Source: Promethearchaeum syntrophicum (GTDB lineage: Archaea > Asgardarchaeota > Lokiarchaeia > Sigyniarchaeales > Promethearchaeaceae). From it: a DNA stretch of 32,000 nt. A model generated the notes under the pieces. That model was not told the origin of the DNA and searched no databases. It worked only from the letters and a program-made list of their open reading frames with translations. The stretch spans positions 570,001-602,000 of the forward strand of contig NZ_CP042905.2 of NCBI RefSeq assembly GCF_008000775.2. The letters are read 5' to 3'. A program made the position numbers and the translations under genes. Positions 1 through 9,577 of the stretch are shown piece by piece (positions within the stretch are counted from its first letter, which is position 1; the number at the start of each line of letters is the position of its first letter).

Positions 1-1
1 A

Positions 2-1246
2 TGCTCTTTGTATGCAGAACCTCTCTGTGGATATCCAATTGGTTGGGGTCAAGTATTGAGATTTTTAGAGACTCCTGATAATTCCTTAACAGTTTGGGGA
101 GATCAAGGAGATATTAATATCTTAGCAGATTATGGATCATCTTTCCTATGGGCAATGTATTTAACCGATCATTATACTGTCGGAGAAGAAAATTTTCTAG
201 GTCATTTTGTTCAATCAAGAATACCTGGAGTTGACGGAATTAATGCAGCTTTAGAATATTTTGGACATGAAGAAGACTTTGATGATGTTTACCATGATTG
301 GAGAATTGCAAATCTTATTGATGCAGAAAGTGGAAAATATGGTTACACGACTTTTGATTTAGCTGATGCAGAATACCCACTTTATATCAACGATATGGAC
401 AATCAACTATTCAAATGGACTCAAGGAACTGATTTTGGTACTACCATTACCTATGATGATTATGATACTTATGTGTCGATGCTTGGGCCTTACGGTACTG
501 ATTATATTGGATACTCTGAAGAAAATTGGAATAAGAATTTCGCAAAATTATACTTTGATGGTGATGATACTGCCATTGTATATGGATGGGAAATGATCGA
601 TGGTGTATGGTATTCTGGAGCAGATGATCTTATGAATACTCTTATTGCTGCAGAAATTTATGTTGATCCTTTAGATCCTACATTATATATGACCTCATAT
701 TGGGATATTGAAGATTATTGGGATTTTGGTTTTGTTCAAGTATCTGAAGATGATGGTGAAACATGGACATCCCTTGAGAATGAATATACAACCAGTGATC
801 ATGATCCTGGTGCTCACCAAAATGTTTTGGACAACCTTCCAGGAATCACAGAATATGTAGGAGAAGTAGTAGATATGACATTTGATCTTTCACTTTATGC
901 AGGTGAAAATGTACAAATTGGTTTCCGCTATGTGACCGATTGGGCAACCTTTTATGAGGGTTGGTATATCTTTGATGCAAATGTTGGTGGAGTTTCATTA
1001 GATCTTGCAATTGTTTATCCAGATGCTTCATATATGGTTACAGTAGTTGCATATAAAGAAACAGGTGGAGGAACTCATTATATGGTTATGGATTTAGACC
1101 TTAATGATGGTAATTTTGGTTCAATTTCATTATTGGGTAATTGGGCAGATCATATGGTTTTAATTGTCAGTGCAACTCAACCACAAGGCTTTTCAGATTA
1201 TTCATTTAGAATTAAACCAGGAAAAGGCACTCGATGGATGATGTAA
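2..1246 (+). CDS. Secreted/extracellular protein, C-terminal part; MAM/jelly-roll-like region as in immune-inhibitor-A/M6-type peptidases (5' end outside window)
   Basis: Frame is open from base 2 (C-S-L-Y-A-E-P...) so the TTG at 8 is not a supported start. Acidic, aromatic-rich composition with 'FGFVQVSEDDGETWTSLENEYTT...LSLYAGENVQIGFRYVTDWATFYEGWYIFDANVGG', the layout seen after M6-like peptidase domains. Confidence 0.6.
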   Translation, partial: CSLYAEPLCGYPIGWGQVLRFLETPDNSLTVWGDQGDINILADYGSSFLWAMYLTDHYTVGEENFLGHFVQSRIPGVDGINAALEYFGHEEDFDDVYHDWRIANLIDAESGKYGYTTFDLADAEYPLYINDMDNQLFKWTQGTDFGTTITYDDYDTYVSMLGPYGTDYIGYSEENWNKNFAKLYFDGDDTAIVYGWEMIDGVWYSGADDLMNTLIAAEIYVDPLDPTLYMTSYWDIEDYWDFGFVQVSEDDGETWTSLENEYTTSDHDPGAHQNVLDNLPGITEYVGEVVDMTFDLSLYAGENVQIGFRYVTDWATFYEGWYIFDANVGGVSLDLAIVYPDASYMVTVVAYKETGGGTHYMVMDLDLNDGNFGSISLLGNWADHMVLIVSATQPQGFSDYSFRIKPGKGTRWMM

Positions 1247-1456
1247 AATAATATACGGAAATGATAAATTTCCGATTTTTTTTTAATTTTTTTTGATTTT
1301 CTTTCCATTTGGTAAACATACTTGATTATATTGAATTTTTCTCACATAAATTAAGAATATTTAATTAATTTTTAAAAACCAGATTTTTGCATTAGAAATG
1401 AACAAAGAAAAAAAGAAAAAAAAAGGTGAATAAAATGAGAAAAACAAGTAATGTGA

Positions 1457-1795
1457 TTAAAATGAATAGTAATGGAGAGCCTCGATTTTACTTCTCAGAT
1501 TCTGGATATGCTGCGAATCCCCTAACTTAAAGGTTCGCATCAAATTCAACGCATCTTTATATAAATCACCAGAAAGTAAACGGTCATCCATTCTTTCACA
1601 ATATTGGGCCATTCGGAGCAATCCGTTGATCAAACTTTTTGGTTCGTTAAAAGTTTTAACAAACTCAATATATTCCTTAAAAACTTCTAAAGATTTTCGG
1701 TATTGATCGGGAGTTTTTTCAAAATATGCAACTTTTTGTTGTAAAGACTGCAATTTATTGATCCGTGCCAAATATTGAATTTGAGAAGTAGACAT
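1457..1795 (-). CDS. Small helical hypothetical protein, TPR-like
   Basis: 112 aa ORF with ATG start; helical repeat-like composition (SLINGLLRMAQYCERMDDRLLSGDLYKDALNLMRTF). Confidence 0.55.
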   Translation of the reverse strand: MSTSQIQYLARINKLQSLQQKVAYFEKTPDQYRKSLEVFKEYIEFVKTFNEPKSLINGLLRMAQYCERMDDRLLSGDLYKDALNLMRTFKLGDSQHIQNLRSKIEALHYYSF

Positions 1796-1923
1796 TATCT
1801 ATAATTCAGATTTACTCGTAATGAAATTTCATATCATCAGAATTATATGTGCGTATTATGAAAATCGAAAACTTATTTTTCATTTGATCATTGTAAATAA
1901 TTAGTAATTATCATTACTACCAC

Positions 1924-1996
1924 GCCAAGGTAACCAAGTGGCTAAGGTGCTCGCCTGCAGAGCGGGTTATCGTGGGTTCAAGTCCCTCCCTTGGCT
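1924..1996 (+). tRNA. tRNA-Cys (anticodon GCA)
   Basis: Cloverleaf by eye: acceptor GCCAAGG/CCTTGGC, D arm ACC...GGT, anticodon stem CTCGC/GCGGG with loop CT-GCA-GA, T arm GTGGG-TTCAAGT-CCCTC (one T-T mismatch), no encoded CCA. Confidence 0.9.
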
Positions 1997-2068
1997 TTAT
2001 TTGTTTTAGGGGATTAACTTTTTTTAATCTCCTCTCTTTTTACGGATATTATAAAAAAAAAGTTAGTT

Positions 2069-3121
2069 TTAATATTTTGAACTTATTTTTAATTTTTCTA
2101 CGAGCCAACGAAAATTTGGAGCTATTCCTTCACCAGTAATAGCAGAAGTTGTATGATACTGAGCTTTAATTCCATATCTAATAGTGTTGTATTGGTTTTT
2201 ATATTTTTCTAAATCAAAATTCGGCATTAAGTCAATTTTATTAAAAAATATCAAAAAGGGCAAATTTGAAAACTGTTTACTGGGATATTTGTTCTTTAAA
2301 AAACTAATCCAATTATGAAATTCTTGTATTGCTGCTTTTTCTTCATTACCTTGATTTGAACTATCAATAACATATACAACTGCTTGAGGTAGCTTGCCTG
2401 GTTCAATTGGATGGTCTTCAAGAATTTCCTTCACATGTTCAGTACAACATACATCTAAGACCCGAAAATCCAATTGTTCATATAACATTTGCAAAACTCT
2501 TGGAGTTAAAGTGGGTGTTTTTTGAGGAATGAATTTTCCATGAAGGAGATAATCTACAATGGATGATTTTCCTCCCCCTTTATTTCCAAGAAATAGTACT
2601 TCCGCAATACCTAAATTATATGTTTCATGAATTTTTGCTGCCTCGAAGAAACAATCGGTTAAAATTTGTATCATTTGACCAAAAATCTTAAACGAATTCT
2701 CTTCAATGTGTGGGACAGTTAAATAAAAGGCTTTCGATAAATCAGGTATTTGATATAATTGGTTGACTGTATTTTCCATTATTTTGGTAAAAAAATGGGT
2801 ATTTTCATGGTCTTCAATGTATAGGGTAAGCATAAGCATTTCTTTGATTTCGGGGAACCATGCTGAAGGGATATCAAAAAAGTAGGAAAGAAACGGACCA
2901 TTTTCCTTAAATTTTTCTTTGTCTTCACTTGAATTTGTTGTATATTCTACGTGCATTTTTTTCATATTGTGTTGAATTTCATCTGTAATTTCCAAATTCG
3001 GGACAGAATAAATTAAATGGATATCATTTTTAGCAATCCCCCGTGATAATATTAATCTCATAGATATATCTATTGATATCAATATTATAACTCTGCTCCT
3101 TATAGGATGAAAAAAAAACAT
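2069..3121 (-). CDS. Arf/Ras-like small GTPase domain with ~170 aa N-terminal extension (start may be the internal ATG giving MRLILSRG...)
   Basis: P-loop GNKGGGKSS, G4 motif FFNKIDL, G5-like TSAITGEG near the C-terminus; G3 region reads LDVCCTEH instead of DxxGQ. Confidence 0.75.
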   Translation of the reverse strand: MFFFHPIRSRVIILISIDISMRLILSRGIAKNDIHLIYSVPNLEITDEIQHNMKKMHVEYTTNSSEDKEKFKENGPFLSYFFDIPSAWFPEIKEMLMLTLYIEDHENTHFFTKIMENTVNQLYQIPDLSKAFYLTVPHIEENSFKIFGQMIQILTDCFFEAAKIHETYNLGIAEVLFLGNKGGGKSSIVDYLLHGKFIPQKTPTLTPRVLQMLYEQLDFRVLDVCCTEHVKEILEDHPIEPGKLPQAVVYVIDSSNQGNEEKAAIQEFHNWISFLKNKYPSKQFSNLPFLIFFNKIDLMPNFDLEKYKNQYNTIRYGIKAQYHTTSAITGEGIAPNFRWLVEKLKISSKY

Positions 3122-3305
3122 AAAAGTATAGAATATTTTTAATAATCCTTAGGAGATATACAAATAAATTCTCAGTTATATCCTTTAAACAAGCAAAATT
3201 TAATGGAAAATTAATAAAAGCACTAATGGTGGGAAGATATTTTTTGTTTTTTCTTAAAAAAAAAAACAAGGAAATTGAAGGATGAATGAAGATTATTCGA
3301 TAGAT

Positions 3306-3902
3306 TTATTTACCTTTATCAAATTTTTTGGCTTTTAATAAAATCGGAATCGATATTATCCCTCCAAAAATAAAAGGTAGAAGTATTTGAATCCAATATA
3401 CGTTATATGGTAGTAAATATATTGGAGGTTCGTGTTGTAGATTTGGGAAAACAGTGCGTTCGTAATAAGAAATTGCTGCTGTAATCCAAGTATATGCCCA
3501 TGCTAAAAAAGTAGCACTCCCTAACCATTTAGCTTGTTTATATATCTTCTGTTTGTCAAAATATGAGAGAAAAGTTTTGTATAAAATGATTATCGCAATT
3601 AGAAAACTAGGCCATGTGTGGAAGTTGAATGATAAATTGTCAATTTCAAAGGGAACAACTTCTTGTTTTGTAATAGCATCAATAAATCCTGTAACTCCTG
3701 CGAAAAGTCCCAGTAAGTATAACATTGTCGCAAAACCTCCAAAAGCACGGTGGGATCGGAAAAGGACTTCATTCTTCTTGATTAAAAATACTTTTTTCTT
3801 TACATATGCAGCATATATTCCAGTAATCGCTTGAACTGTAGCACATAAGGCACCAAGCATTGTAATAATCGTATTGTATTCTGCAGTACTTGAAACGGGC
3901 AT
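3306..3902 (-). CDS. Multi-pass membrane protein, possible heme-b/b561-like
   Basis: 198 aa with about five hydrophobic segments and membrane-proximal His residues (RSHRAFG, FNFHTWPS). Confidence 0.5.
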   Translation of the reverse strand: MPVSSTAEYNTIITMLGALCATVQAITGIYAAYVKKKVFLIKKNEVLFRSHRAFGGFATMLYLLGLFAGVTGFIDAITKQEVVPFEIDNLSFNFHTWPSFLIAIIILYKTFLSYFDKQKIYKQAKWLGSATFLAWAYTWITAAISYYERTVFPNLQHEPPIYLLPYNVYWIQILLPFIFGGIISIPILLKAKKFDKGK

Positions 3903-3987
3903 AATTAGCTATTTATGACTAAATTATTTAAGATTTTCACTTTATGTGTATTTGCTGAACATAAAAAAAACTGAATAATATAAGGAA

Positions 3988-4009
3988 GGGGTTCAAGTCC
4001 CCCTGGCTC
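3988..4009 (+). pseudogene. Orphan tRNA 3'-half-like sequence (T arm plus partial acceptor)
   Basis: GGGG-TTCAAGT-CCCCC-TGGCTC; shares the 13-mer GGGTTCAAGTCCC with the tRNA-Cys at 1974-1986. No D or anticodon arm recognisable upstream. Confidence 0.4.
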
Positions 4010-4088
4010 TTAATTTTTTATTGAATTTTGGGTAGTATATAAATTCAGCAACCTATTTTATTTTAAATATCGATTTTTATATCCTCAT

Positions 4089-4382
4089 TTGAATAAAATG
4101 GGAAGAACTTTACCATCATTTCGGATTGCACTTGACCAAGAAATAAATTCATGGACAGACTTCAGACGTGGGTTAAGAATTGAAGATCGGGAATATTTTG
4201 ACAATATTATGCGATATGCTAGAATTCACAGCGATGCTGGCTCACTTGCTGCGCGTATGTTACTGTCCGAAAATGTTTTCCTCTCAGCTCTGATTGAACA
4301 GGATAAGAAAATAAGTGAACTAACAGTAGAAATTGAGAGGCTTAAAAAGAACCAAAAAAAACTAAATCTCCCGAAGAATTAG
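4089..4382 (+). CDS. Conserved small archaeal protein of unknown function (MGRTLPSFR... type)
   Basis: 97 aa; N-terminal 'MGRTLPSFRIALDQEINSW..FRRGLR.EDREYFD' resembles a small protein widespread in archaea; C-terminal coiled coil. Confidence 0.65.
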   Translation: MNKMGRTLPSFRIALDQEINSWTDFRRGLRIEDREYFDNIMRYARIHSDAGSLAARMLLSENVFLSALIEQDKKISELTVEIERLKKNQKKLNLPKN

Positions 4383-4464
4383 TAATTGAAAGTTCGAAAA
4401 TTTCATTTTCAAAGGTTAAAATAGCAAATTTTATTTTTTCGATTGGTTTTTTGAAGATATTGCT

Positions 4465-5922
4465 ATGATTAAAATATTCAATGATTTAAAAAACGAGCTG
4501 GAAGAGTTTAAACCGATTAAGGAAGGGGTGGTTACAATGTACGTTTGTGGAGTTACAGTTTATGATGACCCGCACTTAGGTCACGCCCGTTCAGCGGTTT
4601 CTTTTGATTTAATTCGCAAATACTTTGAATATAAAGGGTATCGCGTTAAATACGTTATGAATTATACCGACGTAGATGATAAAATGATAAGTCGGGCTAA
4701 TGAACGCGGTATTACTATTTATCAATTAGCACAAGAGAATATAGCTAAGTACGAAGAAATGCAAAGGGGGCTATTTATTAAATCCCCAACAGTAAAACCG
4801 AGAGCAACTGATGAAATTCCCGATATGATCAAGGTTATTAAAAAACTGGAAAAGAAAGGATTTACATACGGATCTAAGGGAAGTGTTTATTTCGATACGA
4901 GCAAGATGGAGAATTATAAAGGTTTATTCATGAAAAAAGAAATTTCCGATCAGGAAACTGAAGAAGATCAATATACACAATCAGAATTTGCAGAAGATAA
5001 AAAAAATTTAGAAGATTTTGTCCTATGGAAAAAAGAAAAACCTGGTGAACCATCTTGGGATTCACCATGGGGAAAAGGACGACCCGGTTGGCATATTGAG
5101 TGTAGTGTTATGGCAATGAAATATCTCGGAAAAACGGTAGATATTCATGGAGGAGGAAAAGATCTTAAACGTCCACATCATCAAAATGAAATTGCGCAAT
5201 CAGAAAGCTCGACTGGAAAAACCTTTGTGAACTATTGGATGCATAATGGATTTCTGAATATAGATAATACCAAAATGTCAAAATCCTTGGGAAATTTCAT
5301 TTCATTAATGGATATGTTAAAAAATCATTCAGGCGTGTTTTTACGCTACTATTTAGTAAATTCCTATTATCAAAGACCTATCAATTTTAGTATGGACAAA
5401 ATGGATCAATCTCTTCAAAATTTGAAGAAGATCCAAAGATTTTACAAGAAATTGAATGATTATTCTACAGCTAATGCGGAAGGAAGCACAATAAAGGGTA
5501 TTTTAGAACATAGAAATCAAATTAAACAGTTCAAAAAGCAATTCCTTGATGCTATGGATACAGATTTTAATAGTCCGAAAGCAATGGGGTATTTATTTTC
5601 CATTATTAATTACTTAAATAAGAGCATTTTTATCAAAGATAATCAAATTACATTAGAAATGAAAGAGGATCTAATTGCATTCTTAGATGGTATTGATAGC
5701 TTTTTAGGATTTATAAATCCACAAATTAAAGAAGAACAAGATGAATCTGGCTCCATTTGGAAAGAACGCTTTGATAAATTGACCAATTCAATTCTGGACT
5801 TTAGAAAAGAGGCTAAGATTAATAAGAATTTTGAACTCGCAGATCAAATACGAGATCTTTTGATAAATACTGGTATCAAAATATCAGACCAGGGAAATGA
5901 TTATACTTGGGAAGTAGATTAA
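4465..5922 (+). CDS. cysS: Cysteinyl-tRNA synthetase
   Basis: MYVCGVTVYDDPHLGHARSAVSFDLIRKY, GWHIECSVMAMKYLG, HHQNEIAQSES and KMSKSLGNF motifs. Confidence 0.97.
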   Translation: MIKIFNDLKNELEEFKPIKEGVVTMYVCGVTVYDDPHLGHARSAVSFDLIRKYFEYKGYRVKYVMNYTDVDDKMISRANERGITIYQLAQENIAKYEEMQRGLFIKSPTVKPRATDEIPDMIKVIKKLEKKGFTYGSKGSVYFDTSKMENYKGLFMKKEISDQETEEDQYTQSEFAEDKKNLEDFVLWKKEKPGEPSWDSPWGKGRPGWHIECSVMAMKYLGKTVDIHGGGKDLKRPHHQNEIAQSESSTGKTFVNYWMHNGFLNIDNTKMSKSLGNFISLMDMLKNHSGVFLRYYLVNSYYQRPINFSMDKMDQSLQNLKKIQRFYKKLNDYSTANAEGSTIKGILEHRNQIKQFKKQFLDAMDTDFNSPKAMGYLFSIINYLNKSIFIKDNQITLEMKEDLIAFLDGIDSFLGFINPQIKEEQDESGSIWKERFDKLTNSILDFRKEAKINKNFELADQIRDLLINTGIKISDQGNDYTWEVD

Positions 5923-5956
5923 ATTTTTTTTTACAACAAATTCCAATTGAGTTAAA

Positions 5957-6724
5957 ATGAATAAAAAAAAAACTCCAGAAACCCGTTTCTATGATAAATT
6001 TGTAATTTTATTTAAATTTCTTTTAAGAAGTAGGATGTTGAAGGTGATTTTAGTCATATTCATCTTGAATGTTATTCTTGGGGCATTTTATTCATATTTA
6101 GAAGGAATTGAATTTCATTTGGGTCTATATTGGGCTACAGATACTTTAACAAACACTGGGACCGGTTTAGTTCCTCCGAATAGTCCTTTTTTATGGTATG
6201 CAACCACTATTCTTATGTGGATCGGTTTAGGAATAACTTTAATTTTCGTAGAATATGTTTATGTTAATTTTTGGAAAAAAAATATGGGGAAAAAAATGGT
6301 TAATTTTGAAAATCACATAGTTTTGATAGGATGGAGTCAGAAAATGCGTCACTTTCTTGATAATTTACCAGGTGGATTAGGTGTACACCATAATTATGTT
6401 CTTATTGCAAATTTACAAGAAAGACCTTTAGATCTTCCAGATATTGTTATATTAATCCGAGGAGATCCTGAACAAGAAGATGTTTTAATCAATGCTGGAA
6501 TTAAAAAAGCGGAACGAGCCTTAATTGTTCTGGGAGATGATTCTGCTGCAGTTTTAATCGCGATGACAATTCAAAGTCTTAATGATGAAATAAAAATCTG
6601 TGTTAACTTGCGTCATAGAGAAAACATTAAGCATTTACAAAGAATCGGTGTTGAAGAAATAGTTTGTGATGAGGAACTCACAGGAGACGCTTTGATAAAA
6701 GCTTTTTATTCATTGAAAAAATAG
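5957..6724 (+). CDS. Two-TM potassium-channel-type protein with cytoplasmic TrkA-N/RCK domain, atypical selectivity filter
   Basis: TM-pore-TM (LYWATDTLTNTGTGLVPPNSPFLWYATTILMW) followed by a Rossmann RCK domain (HIVLIGWSQKMRHFLDNL...ALIVLGDDSAAVLIAMTI). Confidence 0.85.
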   Translation: MNKKKTPETRFYDKFVILFKFLLRSRMLKVILVIFILNVILGAFYSYLEGIEFHLGLYWATDTLTNTGTGLVPPNSPFLWYATTILMWIGLGITLIFVEYVYVNFWKKNMGKKMVNFENHIVLIGWSQKMRHFLDNLPGGLGVHHNYVLIANLQERPLDLPDIVILIRGDPEQEDVLINAGIKKAERALIVLGDDSAAVLIAMTIQSLNDEIKICVNLRHRENIKHLQRIGVEEIVCDEELTGDALIKAFYSLKK

Positions 6725-6849
6725 ATTATATTAAAACCAATAAAAAATTGATACAAGAATAAGGAAATGAACCAAGTTTTAATGATTTATTATCAAGGTT
6801 ATTGTTAAATAATCAATTCCACAGATTGAAATCTGAAACAAGGGATATT

Positions 6850-7482
6850 TTAATTTTTCTCGTTTTTTATATCTTTTAGTTTCTGTTTTACTTCATTGAT
6901 TCTCTCTAATGCATCAGAATAGTTAGGTTTAATTTCAACCGCCCTTTTATAACATTTTAATGCTTCAGGAACTCGATTTCTAATTAAATTTATCTCGCCT
7001 AATTCAAACCAAGATTCTGCAGATGCATCAGAATTTGGATTAATACTTATTACTTTAACAAATGCATCAATTGCTTTTTGGTATCGTTGATTCGCCTTAT
7101 AATTTTTTCCTTTATGTATTATTTCCTTTGATTTACTTATAGAATGATCATAAACAGACTCATCTCTATCTTCATTTAAAATTTTAGAATTTGATTCAAT
7201 TGATTTCGATTTAATATCTGCAAGAAGATTTCTTAGGGGCAAAACAAATACACCAAAGAATATAAACACCACACCAAACATAGCTGAGTTATCTGGAATC
7301 GCGTAAATTGATAAGAATATCCCTATTATTATTATAATAATTCCCATAATCCATAATATCTTTTTTGAAAAATGAGATCTATACTTATTAAAAAAAAACC
7401 ACAAAATTGCTAATCCAATAAATAAAATCAAGGTTAATACTTGAAAATAATCCCAAAAACCTTGCATAATGAAAGAGAACAT
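6850..7482 (-). CDS. Membrane-anchored TPR protein
   Basis: N-terminal hydrophobic helices, then TPR-like repeats (ADAWFELGEINLIRNRVPEALKCYKRAVEIKPNYSDALERI type). Confidence 0.7.
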   Translation of the reverse strand: MFSFIMQGFWDYFQVLTLILFIGLAILWFFFNKYRSHFSKKILWIMGIIIIIIGIFLSIYAIPDNSAMFGVVFIFFGVFVLPLRNLLADIKSKSIESNSKILNEDRDESVYDHSISKSKEIIHKGKNYKANQRYQKAIDAFVKVISINPNSDASAESWFELGEINLIRNRVPEALKCYKRAVEIKPNYSDALERINEVKQKLKDIKNEKN

Positions 7483-7551
7483 TATTAGTGATAATCTTCT
7501 GAAATTAATTAAATTTATTTTTTATATCTGACAAAGAAGAATTTGTTTCTA

Positions 7552-7812
7552 TTAATTATTTTTATGAAGAGTTTGAAAAGTTTCATCAATTTCTTGTTTT
7601 AACCAATTTGCAAAAATCAAAATTTCTTTCTTTTCTTCTAAAAGTTTGTCTGTTACTCCAAAAAAATTAATTCTGTATTCGATATTCCTTAACTCGGAAT
7701 TAATTCTTATTAATTCTTGGGACAAACTATCATGAAGATAATGTAATTCACTTCGATTTTGTTCAAGTGCAAGGAATTTCTTTCTTTTAATAAAAACTGC
7801 CAAAATTATCAA
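7552..7812 (-). CDS. Small coiled-coil hypothetical protein
   Basis: 86 aa ORF in a gene gap; plausible heptads, no recognised family. Confidence 0.35.
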   Translation of the reverse strand: MIILAVFIKRKKFLALEQNRSELHYLHDSLSQELIRINSELRNIEYRINFFGVTDKLLEEKKEILIFANWLKQEIDETFQTLHKNN

Positions 7813-8017
7813 CCTTCTAGAAATAATTTTTGAATTGAGTTAATGTAATAAATTTTCTCTAGCATTTAAAGAAAACCTCTTAACCAACTTATTGTAAAAT
7901 TAAAAAAAATAATAAATATGTAGAAAAAAAATAAGTAAACCTTACAAATTGAAAGGAAGAAAAAAACTTTAGCCAGAAGACCTAGCGGTCTTCCTTAGAG
8001 ATAAAGTTTCAATTTTT

Positions 8018-9577
8018 TTATTTTCGCGTAGATGTGTGCTTGTCTTGATATTTTGACTTCCGAATGAGCCGTTTAAAGCCATGCACAAGATGATACTTAC
8101 TCGTGCTATTCAGTAAATCGGAATTTGTCACCAAAAGCTTGGAGATGTTTCGTCTTAAAGCTCGGGTACGGTGACTTTCAAGAAGAGTCCCTTGATTTGT
8201 AAGATGCTTCTGGAGACGTGCTCGTTTCTTTTCCATAGTCTCATGATAGGGATCATACTGCCGAATTCCGGTCAACATTCCGAATACTATCCGACTATAC
8301 TTAAACGCAACCTTCATCATAGCTTTCTTGAAGGGAAGTTTACGGAGGAGCAGTTGTTTGTACGCATAAGCCCCAATATCTGTGTTACGATCCGGACGGC
8401 TCAAAATGATTGCAGCTGCTTGCGAGAGGGCAGAACGTAAATGTTTATTCGTGAAGCGGTTAACATGGCCCTTGGAGCGAAATGTCCCGCTTTGTTCCAC
8501 TGTAGGAACCACACCGCAGAATTTGCTGAATGCATCGGCGGTGCGGAAGCGAGAATAATTTCCTACCTCCGTGAGGATGGTGAGTACGGTCACCGCATTG
8601 AATCCAGGGATAAAACAGAGCTGTTCGTAGTGGGTACGAAGCGTGGGATGGTTCAACACATATGTTTCGGCTTCTTTCAATAAGATAGCTGCGGCTGCTT
8701 GGGATTCCAAGAGGCGTATGACTTCCACTTGCAAAAGAAAGCATTGAGGTTCCGTGAGTCGGACTTCAGCATGAGGAACTATCTCGGTTGCTTGTCGTTC
8801 TAACACTCTTCCCTGACCATTAGTTTTTAATTCTGCAAGGAATTCTTCGTAGACCTCCCCCAAAGGACGGGATTGGGCAATGTAACGATCCAAGAGTTGG
8901 AGACCCCACTCCGTGTTCAAGTTAAAACTGAATTTCTGATTAGCCAGATGGAGGTGTCGATGGATACGGTTTTTGCAGGTAGTAGTCTGGGTTCTTGTGC
9001 GATGATAGGACCGCATATAGTCCCTTACAGTAAAGAATTCGGGACTTCCCACATAACTTGGGCGTAAAATTCGCTCATAAAACGCTAAATTGGACAATGT
9101 CCGGGCATCAGCTCGATCACTTTTCGTTCCTAAATCTGCAATCCGATTGTGGACTAACAGGGGATTCATGGCAATGAGAAATTCCCTACGAGATGGAAAG
9201 CGTTGTTGAAGTGTTTGATATAAGGCCACGTGGTAAACGCCTGTGCACTCCATCAGAATGGTTGCTTTTGCTTGATAAGGACGCAGAAATCGACATAATT
9301 CTTCCACCCCTTGATGGTGGTTGCGGAAAGTATGTTCACGGATCACCAAGGTTTCTCCAGAAGGAAGGCGTCCGCTCATGCAGAGGGCAATCGAGTCTTT
9401 ATGCACATCCAATCCAATTCCAAAGGCGGTGACTTCTTTGAGGACTTTCACCACTTCCGGATTTCTTGGGGTACGTCGAATACGCTCGATCGAAGGTTTT
9501 TTTTGCTTTGCTGAAATCATTTTATTCACCGAATTCACTGTGATTGAATTCGCGTACATGGCAGGGTGTGTTCGCAT
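8018..9577 (-). CDS. IS110-family transposase (RuvC-like DEDD domain plus IS116/IS110/IS902 C-terminal Ser domain)
   Basis: GIGLDVHKDSIALCMSG, ILMECTGVYHVALYQ, LGTKSDRADARTLSNLA, IPGFNAVTVLTILTEVG, FCGVVPTVEQSGTFRSKG. SD-like AGGAGGT upstream of the ATG at 9577. Confidence 0.95.
   Translation of the reverse strand: MRTHPAMYANSITVNSVNKMISAKQKKPSIERIRRTPRNPEVVKVLKEVTAFGIGLDVHKDSIALCMSGRLPSGETLVIREHTFRNHHQGVEELCRFLRPYQAKATILMECTGVYHVALYQTLQQRFPSRREFLIAMNPLLVHNRIADLGTKSDRADARTLSNLAFYERILRPSYVGSPEFFTVRDYMRSYHRTRTQTTTCKNRIHRHLHLANQKFSFNLNTEWGLQLLDRYIAQSRPLGEVYEEFLAELKTNGQGRVLERQATEIVPHAEVRLTEPQCFLLQVEVIRLLESQAAAAILLKEAETYVLNHPTLRTHYEQLCFIPGFNAVTVLTILTEVGNYSRFRTADAFSKFCGVVPTVEQSGTFRSKGHVNRFTNKHLRSALSQAAAIILSRPDRNTDIGAYAYKQLLLRKLPFKKAMMKVAFKYSRIVFGMLTGIRQYDPYHETMEKKRARLQKHLTNQGTLLESHRTRALRRNISKLLVTNSDLLNSTSKYHLVHGFKRLIRKSKYQDKHTSTRK

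Noticed and set aside
3030-3269. 79 aa minus-strand ORF upstream of the GTPase
   Set aside because: Overlaps the GTPase N-terminus and is poly-Lys/Phe low complexity from A/T runs.
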